A stretch of DNA of 41,924 nucleotides from an uncultured Chitinophaga sp. (lineage in GTDB: Bacteria; Bacteroidota; Bacteroidia; Chitinophagales; CAIOSU01). Of this stretch, positions 16,444-23,860 are shown in pieces. Both the position numbers and the translations under genes were made by a program. Within the stretch, counting starts at the first letter, position 1. Every line of letters starts with the position of its first letter. The notes beneath the pieces are model-generated. The model did not search any database and was not told the DNA's origin. It worked only from the letters and a program-made list of their open reading frames with translations. Location: positions 1 through 41,924 of the forward strand of contig CAYYZT010000002.1 of the NCBI GenBank assembly GCA_964476015.1, read 5' to 3'.

Positions 16444-17931
16444 ATGGCTTATCAACCTATCGTGAAAGATATAGAGACATCTATTTTGAAGATTAATGAA
16501 CTTCAACTCGCTTCCTCTTTTGAGATAAAAATGGAAGGCCACTATCTTCATAATGCCGTTTTCGAAATTACCAAAGGGAAAAGGCAATATAACTTTTCAT
16601 CAAGTTCGTCTATACCTCATGGCTTGCAAACACATAAAGAACTTCAATTTGATAGGGAAACGCCAATAGAATTGCATAAGACTAATCAATCTTTATTTGT
16701 ATTGGGAAAGCACCTATTTATCAATAACATATCCTACAATGAAGATTTCACATTAAAGATTTTTTCTGGCGGTATTTCAAGTTTCTCCACTGCCACAGAC
16801 TATAAATTGTTTGACAATAAGTTTTTGAGGTTCATTATGCCAGTGGGAGAAAAACATCCATTTACAATTACCGAATTTCAACATCACTATTTAATTTCCT
16901 CAAGCAAAAAGTCCTCAAATTATATTCCTTTAAAAATTTCGGAACAAGAGTTAAATTTTATCGAATATAAGCTTGGTAACCAGTTTTATCTGATTATTGA
17001 TTGTGTGCAGCCAGATTTATTGGTTCAATTTCAGAAGAAATGTTTCAATATTCTCTTGGCTCTAGGTTTTATTAAAGGAAAACTGTTCCATGATGAATGC
17101 TATATAGCAGCCTTTGATGATATTAAAATGGAAGTTCCAGAAAATATTTTGTATAACTCAATGCGAGCATCCGTGAAATCGGGTCAGGCAACGTTCACAT
17201 CAAATCCATATTCAGTTTATCATGACTACGAACTGGAAATGAACGAGGACGGAAAGACAAAACAACAAATGATTGATGAGCTAAATAAAGAGATGATTTT
17301 TTTTCCAATTGCGGTATTCTCTAACCTAGCGACAATGTTTTTTGAGCAAGAAAAGCTCCAGAGGGCAGCACTAATCTACATTCAAAGTCACATTGCTTCT
17401 TTGGAAGTCAGAATTCCTAACTATTATGTCGCTCTTGAAGCCATAACAGGTTTTGTTTCAAAAGAATTATCTACGGAGAAAACATCTTATAACCCAATAA
17501 GAAATAAGAAAATAGCTGACGATTTGATTTCTGAAATTACCACACTAGCCAAAAATAAAAAAGCAGAGATGGGTTTAGGAGATGAAGATTTTAATTTGGG
17601 GATATTATTGAAAAATATTGGAAAATTAAATGCTCCTCCAAATGCAGATAAGCTTTCTGGGGGATTCAGCCATGTAAAATATGAGCTATCGAGAGAGCAA
17701 AAAAGCATCCTTGTCAATCGTAATACATTTTTACATGGTAGCTTTTTAAAAGTTGCTGGAGATGACAACCAATTTAAAGAGGCTTTACATGTAGCATTGC
17801 GTTTGCATCTAATGATAGCGGTGTTGTTTTATAAACTTGCTGGATTTTCAGGGCGGATTATCAATTACGCAGAACTATGGTCACATATTACAGAAAAAGA
17901 TTTAAAAGAGGAAAGGCTTGTTAAAATATAG
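16444..17931 (+). CDS. unknown protein with C-terminal HEPN-like Rx4H motif (candidate RNase)
   Basis: The gene begins 12 nt after the stop of the upstream gene (a TTG at 16435 is even closer). The C-terminal helical region contains LVNRNTFLHGSF (R at 17719-17721, H at 17734-17736), the RNxxxHG form seen in Abi-type HEPN domains. The N-terminal ~330 aa are unassigned. Confidence 0.5.
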   Translation: MAYQPIVKDIETSILKINELQLASSFEIKMEGHYLHNAVFEITKGKRQYNFSSSSSIPHGLQTHKELQFDRETPIELHKTNQSLFVLGKHLFINNISYNEDFTLKIFSGGISSFSTATDYKLFDNKFLRFIMPVGEKHPFTITEFQHHYLISSSKKSSNYIPLKISEQELNFIEYKLGNQFYLIIDCVQPDLLVQFQKKCFNILLALGFIKGKLFHDECYIAAFDDIKMEVPENILYNSMRASVKSGQATFTSNPYSVYHDYELEMNEDGKTKQQMIDELNKEMIFFPIAVFSNLATMFFEQEKLQRAALIYIQSHIASLEVRIPNYYVALEAITGFVSKELSTEKTSYNPIRNKKIADDLISEITTLAKNKKAEMGLGDEDFNLGILLKNIGKLNAPPNADKLSGGFSHVKYELSREQKSILVNRNTFLHGSFLKVAGDDNQFKEALHVALRLHLMIAVLFYKLAGFSGRIINYAELWSHITEKDLKEERLVKI

Positions 17932-17935
17932 AGAT

Positions 17936-19492
17936 ATGGAAACCTCAAAGTTGCTTTCATTTGTCGAAGACCTTTTTCATAAAGAACAATTTGATGAGGC
18001 ACATCTCTTAATCAAGGAAGCTATTGCATCCATCAGTGTTGACTCTAGTTCTGAATCCTTTTTCTACCAAATTAAATTGCATTGTTTGTTGATTGATATT
18101 GGCTGGCGAAATTTGGAAGAGAGTGATTTTAGTGTGGCCATATGCTTTTTTGAGCAAAATGAAGAGAAAATATTAAGCTGCATAGAGAAAGTTAGCTATT
18201 ACTATAATTTAGCTAATGCTAAGGCTGGGGTGAGCAAAGCATATCACAAGAAAAACTTGGGGGTTCATAGTCTTGATGAGACCAAAGCTATCCACCAAGA
18301 ACCCATCCGATTGTATTGGCTTGCCTATAATAATTGCTCAAAGAATTCACGACTACTTCCACAGATATTGATAAATCTTTCCGGTGCATTGGTAGAAGTT
18401 GCTCGACTAACTGAAGCCTTGCAGTTTTTAGACATAGTACTCAGAACTTATCCCACATTTCCAGAAGCATTGGTGTCTAGGGGCGATTTTCTGTATTGGT
18501 GGGATTTAGTTACTAATAGTGCTGATACTGTAGCTCTTAAAGTTCAAACATATGCCTCTTATGATGCTGCAATCAATACTAATGCGTTGCCAAGCTATAT
18601 CCTTGAGAAGTGCATAAATGCAAAGGCAGAGGCATTGCATTCAATGCAGGAGCATGGTTTTGATGCATCCGACATTGAAGAAGAGTTGGTTGAAACGCAA
18701 GTTGAGTTTGATAAGCACTCTAAATATCGACAATATTGTCTCGACAATTTTTTGACCTTAAATGAACACGGTATCTATTGTAAATGCGTGGCTACTGAGA
18801 AAGATGATTTGCAAATAGGTGTAAAATATGCCTTGTTCAAATTAAAGTCGCTACCTCACTTAGAAGTACTGTTAAACAGGATGAAGTCTGAATTTGCACT
18901 TGCTAGATGGCTATATTACCAATCAATATCAAAGGAAACTACTGTCGAAAATGATGTTCTATTTTCAGAGCTTTATGACGGTGAAGCTATCAGCTACCAT
19001 AATGAAATGCAAAGGGCAAGTTTTCGACTTTGCTATGGGATACTTGACAAAATAGCACTTGGAGTTTGTAAATTATACAATCTGGATAGCCACCATATTC
19101 AGTTTGAAACATTTTGGGAAAACAAGAAAAGAAAACCGGAGCTTGACCAAATTAAAAACATCCATTTAAATGCTCTTTATAGCATAGCGTGTGATTTAAA
19201 TTCAAAGACAGGAGAATTGCGCCAATTTAAGTTGTGGCGTAATGACCTAGAACATAACTTTCTGCTTTTAAAGGATAGCTCTAAATTCAATCTGGACATT
19301 TTCGGTATTCATCTTGACAAAGAATTTGTTGAGGTTGTGGATTCAATAGATTTCGAGAAGAAATGCTTGCATTTATTACAGTTGACCAGAGCAGCAATAT
19401 TCAGCTATGTACATTGTGTTCGACTGCAAACTATTGAGCATCCCAATGAAGAAATTGAAAAAAGATCTGTACAAATTGGCTTCAAGGAATAG
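17936..19492 (+). CDS. helical-repeat (TPR-like) protein with C-terminal LA2681-like HEPN domain
   Basis: The ATG lies 4 nt after the upstream stop. The N-terminal half is alpha-helical repeat-like. The C-terminal motif FKLWRNDLEHNFLLL (R at 19238-19240, H at 19253-19255) is the RNxxEH HEPN signature, and a TPR plus HEPN layout is described for the LA2681 family. Confidence 0.55.
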   Translation: METSKLLSFVEDLFHKEQFDEAHLLIKEAIASISVDSSSESFFYQIKLHCLLIDIGWRNLEESDFSVAICFFEQNEEKILSCIEKVSYYYNLANAKAGVSKAYHKKNLGVHSLDETKAIHQEPIRLYWLAYNNCSKNSRLLPQILINLSGALVEVARLTEALQFLDIVLRTYPTFPEALVSRGDFLYWWDLVTNSADTVALKVQTYASYDAAINTNALPSYILEKCINAKAEALHSMQEHGFDASDIEEELVETQVEFDKHSKYRQYCLDNFLTLNEHGIYCKCVATEKDDLQIGVKYALFKLKSLPHLEVLLNRMKSEFALARWLYYQSISKETTVENDVLFSELYDGEAISYHNEMQRASFRLCYGILDKIALGVCKLYNLDSHHIQFETFWENKKRKPELDQIKNIHLNALYSIACDLNSKTGELRQFKLWRNDLEHNFLLLKDSSKFNLDIFGIHLDKEFVEVVDSIDFEKKCLHLLQLTRAAIFSYVHCVRLQTIEHPNEEIEKRSVQIGFKE

Positions 19493-19690
19493 GAACATTT
19501 TCAATAGTATCTAATAAAACACTTCCTTTGAATACTTGCTCGGAACTACATTGATATATCTAGTACTGCCAATTACTTTTTAAATAGTGTCCTGCTAGGT
19601 GGTCGCTTGCACACAGTACATTTTAAAAAGAATTGGTATGCTAGTTGATTTACCCTAACCATTAACTAACTTTACCAGAATAACTAGGGT

Positions 19691-20689
19691 ATGAATCAAA
19701 GTCTCCTTACAAGATTATTCAAAACAATAGACGGTAATGAAGCATCACCTATTGTAAGGATAGCGTACAGTATAATTGAAGATGAAAAGCGTAAAGGTCA
19801 TGTCAAGCTTGCGGAAAAATTAAGAGCGATACTTTCAAGCAATCTAAGTAAAGAACAACAACTCAAGCCAATTCGCTCTTTATCAAAAGAAGGAACTTTT
19901 AAAGTCCCTGTTGATAGACGTTATAGGCTTCCATTAGCTTCCCATGTTGAACATGAACATTTGCGCCATGACATGATTCTCTCTCATTCTGTAGAAGAAA
20001 AAATTGTAAGAATTGAGAAGGAGTATCTAGCTAGGGAACGTTTAGCACACCATGGCTTAAAGCCTCGTAAAAAGATTCTGTTTTATGGTTCTTCCGGCTG
20101 CGGAAAAAGCATGGCTGCTGAAAGAATTGCTTGGGATTTGGGATTACCCTTCTATAAAGTCAGATTCGACTCAATAATCTCGTCATACCTCGGAGAGTCC
20201 GCTGCCAATCTTCAAAAACTTTTTGATAGTTTAGAAGACTTTCCATGTGTTTTGCTATTAGATGAATTTGACATTATTGGTAAGCAAAGAAATCTAGGCT
20301 CTAATGATGTAGGTGAAATCCATAGGATTGTAAATATTTTATTAGGACTCCTTGAAGAATATAGTGGGGAAGGGATATTAATAGCAACAACTAACTTAGA
20401 AGGTAGTTTAGATAAAGCACTTTTTAGGAGATTTGATGATATTATTGAATTACCAAAGCCATCTGACGTTGAAATTCTTGAACTATTAAAAACGTCATTT
20501 TCGGCATTGAAACTTAATAAAAAGATTGACCTTCATACTTATGCAAAGAAGATGGAAGGTTTATCCTATGCTATTGTCGCTAAGATAGCTAGCGATGCTG
20601 CAAAAAAATCAGTAATTCGTTCCAGTACCGTTATAGAGGCCGACGATTTAAATGTTGCGTTGGAAGAGAACTTTACTATCAATCACTAA
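19691..20689 (+). CDS. AAA+ ATPase (classic AAA clade), IetA-like
   Basis: It has Walker A (FYGSSGCGKSMAA, 20087-20110), Walker B (VLLLDEFD), sensor-1 (IATTNL) and an Arg-finger region (ALFRRFD). An S8 protease gene starts 7 nt downstream. Confidence 0.8.
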   Translation: MNQSLLTRLFKTIDGNEASPIVRIAYSIIEDEKRKGHVKLAEKLRAILSSNLSKEQQLKPIRSLSKEGTFKVPVDRRYRLPLASHVEHEHLRHDMILSHSVEEKIVRIEKEYLARERLAHHGLKPRKKILFYGSSGCGKSMAAERIAWDLGLPFYKVRFDSIISSYLGESAANLQKLFDSLEDFPCVLLLDEFDIIGKQRNLGSNDVGEIHRIVNILLGLLEEYSGEGILIATTNLEGSLDKALFRRFDDIIELPKPSDVEILELLKTSFSALKLNKKIDLHTYAKKMEGLSYAIVAKIASDAAKKSVIRSSTVIEADDLNVALEENFTINH

Positions 20690-20696
20690 TATATAA

Positions 20697-23162
20697 ATGG
20701 AGCCCTTCCCGCATTTAAGGTTTCTTCAAAAAATAATTGGTCGACCTCGACTTCATGGAGGTGGTGAGCAAAATGAAAGGTCAGAAGAAAATAAACGTAA
20801 TCGTTCTGGCCATAGTGGCATCCTCTTGGGCAGTGTAGGTAACATTAAGGATAGTTGGGGTGAAGAGTTTGATAATCGGGAGGAACAAGGTCTTGCACCG
20901 ATTGAAAAAGAGGTTGTACCTGTCTTTCTTCAAGTTAATCCTGGTTTAGTTGAAATGGTTGAATTCAACTTACACCAGCTAGGAATTGAGATAATATCGC
21001 AGCAAGACGATGGATATATAATAGGAGCTTCATTAGATGGATTGAGGTCATTAGAGGAAAAAATTAATGGATTCGTCAACCATACCCATGGCACTGGAAG
21101 AATAGCTGAACTATGGGAAATCATATCAGGTGATAGAGCCTTATGGAAACCAGAGCATATATTATCCGAAGAGCTATTTTTGAAATGGCCAGAAATTGAT
21201 GACAATAGAATTTATCACTTAGAAATCTCTATTGCCTTTGATAGACCCATCAGAGCCGAGCCTAGTCCCGATGTTCGGGGATATGCCACTAAGTTAGAAA
21301 GATACCAGCAAGCACTAATTGATAGAGATGAGCAGTTAAGAAGTAGAGAACAACATTTTGAGGATTTCATTCGGCATTATGGAGAAATCACAAGTTCTAT
21401 TATTGAACTGGAAGATAGCTTTGGATGTGAAGTAGCTATAACAGGTCAAGGCTTAAAAGATTTAGTCGTAAATTATCAATTTGTATTTGAAGTATCTGAA
21501 GTTGAAAAAATTGAAGGAGTTATAGGGAATGAGGTAGAGGCCGAGGATTTTGATATTGAAGTAATTCCTCCAACTGAAAACGCTCCTGAGGTTGGGGTAA
21601 TAGACAGTGGGATAATGGAAAATCACAAGTATTTATCCCACGCAATTATCCCAGCAAACTCAGTATCCTACCTTACTGATACTTCAACTGCGGATAAAGT
21701 ATTGGGTGGAGGACATGGTACTAAAGTTGCAGGAGCCATCTTATACCCCAAAGGCGTATCTGTTGTGGAAGCACCATATCAACTTCCTTGTTACATTAGA
21801 AATATCAGGGTACTTGATGAGAATAATAAACTAGTTGATATTTATCCGACAGACCTTATCCATAGAATAGTTCATGATAATACGCCTTGTTCGATATTTA
21901 ATCTCTCTATCAATTCCACTGCTCCCTTTAGACTAAAACACATGTCTTCTTGGGCTGCGATGTTGGATTCTCTAACCCATGACAAAGGTGTATTGTTCAT
22001 AATTTCTGCTGGCAATATAGGCAAACAACAAATCCTACACTATTTATCAAATGGTCAAGAATATCCCTTATTTCTACAAGAACCTAATTGCAGGTTAGCC
22101 AACCCTGCTCAAAGTAGCTTTTCCCTAGTAGTGGGTTCGGTAAACATCGCTACACTCGATAATGAACATTGGGTTTCTTTGGGGAATGAATTGGAGGTAT
22201 CTCCATTCTCAAGAATAGGGACTGGAATTTGGGGTATGATTAAACCTGATGTTGTTGAATATGGAGGTGGTTTGGCTATAAGTAAGAATACAACCCCCAG
22301 TCTTACCGAAAAACCAGAGATTTCCCCCGAGTTGATACGTTCCACTTATCATGGAGGCCATGCTATTGGAAAGGATGCTGTAGGGACATCCTTTTCCACC
22401 CCCAAAGTATCGCACATAGTTTCTCAACTCAAAATGCTTTACCCCGAGGAAAATGTAAACTTACTAAGGGCTCTAGTAGTACAATCCGCAAGATTGCCTC
22501 GTAATTTTTTTGAAGCTCCTGTATTAGACCATATACGCTTTTTCGGATATGGCATACCTCAACTGGAAAGAGCTACTATAAACAATGAGCATCGAATTAC
22601 TTTTTACAACACTGGTCAGTTGAGGGCAGAGGAAGGGCATTTGTACTTGCTTAAAATTCCTGAAGAATTATATGACCCAACAAATGAGTATGATATTTTG
22701 TTGGAAGTTACTTTGGCGTACAGTGCCAAAGTAAGACGCACTAGACAAAAAACGAAATCATATTTAGCTACTTGGTTAGACTGGGAAACATCAAAAATGG
22801 GAGAAACGTTTGGCGAGTATCAAAACTATGCTTTAAGAGAAATTGAAAATACGGCCACTGCGTATGATCGAGATTTACGAAATGGTTTGGAAACTTTTGA
22901 CTGGAAAATAAAGAATCGTTTAGATTCAGGAAGTGTAACTGGTATTAGAAGAAATGACAGCACTGTTCAAAAAGATTGGGCTATCGTAAAGTCTTTTGAT
23001 TTGCCCGAAGAAATTACTTTTTGCATCCGTGGGCATAAAGGTTGGGACAAAAATCGAGAGGAAGTCCCTTACGCACTTGTTGTTTCAATTGAAATACTCG
23101 GTTCTAATATCCCAATATATGAGTCGATTAGAATAGAAAATGAGATTGAGCTACCTGTATAG
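20697..23162 (+). CDS. S8 family (subtilisin-like) serine peptidase with long unassigned N-terminal region, IetS-like
   Basis: The catalytic triad is in S8 order: Asp in VGVIDSGI (21603-21605), His in GGGHGTKVAGAI (21714-21716) and Ser in GTSFSTPKVSH (22389-22391). About 300 aa precede the protease domain. No signal peptide is evident. Confidence 0.8.
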   Translation: MEPFPHLRFLQKIIGRPRLHGGGEQNERSEENKRNRSGHSGILLGSVGNIKDSWGEEFDNREEQGLAPIEKEVVPVFLQVNPGLVEMVEFNLHQLGIEIISQQDDGYIIGASLDGLRSLEEKINGFVNHTHGTGRIAELWEIISGDRALWKPEHILSEELFLKWPEIDDNRIYHLEISIAFDRPIRAEPSPDVRGYATKLERYQQALIDRDEQLRSREQHFEDFIRHYGEITSSIIELEDSFGCEVAITGQGLKDLVVNYQFVFEVSEVEKIEGVIGNEVEAEDFDIEVIPPTENAPEVGVIDSGIMENHKYLSHAIIPANSVSYLTDTSTADKVLGGGHGTKVAGAILYPKGVSVVEAPYQLPCYIRNIRVLDENNKLVDIYPTDLIHRIVHDNTPCSIFNLSINSTAPFRLKHMSSWAAMLDSLTHDKGVLFIISAGNIGKQQILHYLSNGQEYPLFLQEPNCRLANPAQSSFSLVVGSVNIATLDNEHWVSLGNELEVSPFSRIGTGIWGMIKPDVVEYGGGLAISKNTTPSLTEKPEISPELIRSTYHGGHAIGKDAVGTSFSTPKVSHIVSQLKMLYPEENVNLLRALVVQSARLPRNFFEAPVLDHIRFFGYGIPQLERATINNEHRITFYNTGQLRAEEGHLYLLKIPEELYDPTNEYDILLEVTLAYSAKVRRTRQKTKSYLATWLDWETSKMGETFGEYQNYALREIENTATAYDRDLRNGLETFDWKIKNRLDSGSVTGIRRNDSTVQKDWAIVKSFDLPEEITFCIRGHKGWDKNREEVPYALVVSIEILGSNIPIYESIRIENEIELPV

Positions 23163-23263
23163 TTCTATTATTACGATAATGGTAGGTAAATTACCTTTAT
23201 CTTTATCTAGAGAAATAACTGGTGAAATCACTAAGTAAGTTGAGTTTTTCTCATTCTCGTCTT

Positions 23264-23300
23264 TTATTTTCTCCTTTTTTGCTCCTTATTTACACCTAAA
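23264..23300 (+). repeat. island-internal imperfect direct repeat of 7440-7477 (candidate arm-type site near attR)
   Basis: TTATTTTCTCCTTTTTTGCTCCTTATTTACACCTAAA aligns with TTATTTTTTACACTTTTTTGCTTTATTTTTACACTAAA. Most positions match, with about 3 one-nt gaps in a by-eye alignment. Confidence 0.45.
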
Positions 23301-23336
23301 ATATCACAACTAATTGGTTTTCAGTTGTTGTTTACT

Positions 23337-23354
23337 TTTTGTATCGGAAAATAG
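23337..23354 (+). repeat. attR core (displaced copy of the mnmE terminal codons: TTTTGTATCGGAAAATAG)
   Basis: This is the direct-repeat partner of 7328-7345. It reads F-C-I-G-K-stop but has no ORF upstream of it. Composition returns toward host-like shortly after. Confidence 0.75.
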
Positions 23355-23357
23355 CTC

Positions 23358-23465
23358 AAAAACGGTTTTGCGGCATTTTGAGACATTTTTGCGGCATTTT
23401 TATCGTAAAAACGGCCCTTTTTGAGACATTTTGCGGCATTTTGAGCTATTGCGGCATTTTTTTGA
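23358..23465 (+). repeat. phased short repeat array: TTGCGGCATTTT x4 interleaved with TTGAGACATTTT x2
   Basis: Exact TTGCGGCATTTT copies lie at 23368-23379, 23389-23400, 23431-23442 and 23449-23460. TTGAGACATTTT lies at 23378-23389 and 23421-23432. AAAAACGG occurs at 23358 and 23407, which suggests a higher-order duplication of about 49 bp. The array lies directly after attR. Confidence 0.7.
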
Positions 23466-23511
23466 GGTATAATGTCTCTAGGTGGGTGGCAACGATCGAT
23501 TTTTGGTCTCC

Positions 23512-23724
23512 CTATCCGAAAAGTTGCCCGATTTCCATTTCCAACGCTTGGCTTATTTTGAGCAGGGTGCCCACGGTGGGGTTGGTGCGGCCCTTCTCCA
23601 GCCGCACGATGTTGGTGGCTTCTATATCGCACCTATAGGCCAACTGCTGTTGCGTAAGGCCCTTCGCCTGCCTGAGAGCGGCTATTCTTTGCCCAAGATT
23701 GGTTAGCACTTCCTGTTTGTCCAT
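23512..23724 (-). CDS. XRE-family helix-turn-helix transcriptional regulator
   Basis: The sequence LGQRIAALRQAKGLTQQQLAYRCDIEATNIVRLEKGRTNPTVGTLLKISQALEMEIGQLF is a canonical HTH_3 domain. The gene is divergent from the MmeI-like gene. An alternative start lies at 23742. Confidence 0.8.
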   Translation of the reverse strand: MDKQEVLTNLGQRIAALRQAKGLTQQQLAYRCDIEATNIVRLEKGRTNPTVGTLLKISQALEMEIGQLFG

Positions 23725-23860
23725 TGCCCCTAGTGGTTCCATCTACAATAAATAGGCAATAGATAAATACCCAAGCGTATCGTTTATGATAGGAATAAAT
23801 TACAATCTGATTTTTACTTTAGTATAAGTTAAACCGCACACGAAATGTTGTCATCAGTAC

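Larger units (their letters stand above)
7328..23354. mobile_element. integrative genomic island of about 16.0 kb inserted in the 3' end of mnmE (integrase, Xis-like, Rep-like, TerL-like, defence cargo)
   Basis: Base composition switches abruptly to AT-rich at both borders. An 18-bp direct repeat encoding FCIGK-stop sits at both ends. The integrase gene lies next to the mnmE-proximal end. All island genes are on the + strand. Confidence 0.8.

Noticed and set aside
19493-19690. Promoter for the AAA ATPase / S8 protease pair
   Set aside because: I found no TAnnTTTG match in the 198-nt gap; the nearest is TAACTTTA. The pair may have a non-consensus promoter or be read through from the upstream operon.
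23358-23465. Possible CRISPR array
   Set aside because: The repeats are only about 12 bp and directly abut or overlap each other with no spacers. No cas genes are in the window.
23321-23638. ORFs of about 100 aa on both strands across the TTGCGGCATTTT array
   Set aside because: Their sequences merely echo the nucleotide repeat (QNAAK.. and FCGIL.. reiterations). They also overlap the 3' end of the well-supported XRE gene. I treated the region as non-coding repeats.
23743-23860. C-box-like operator in the XRE / MmeI divergent region
   Set aside because: I found only three loose ATAAAT copies (23749, 23763, 23795) in AT-rich DNA and no clear palindrome. That is insufficient to call a site.
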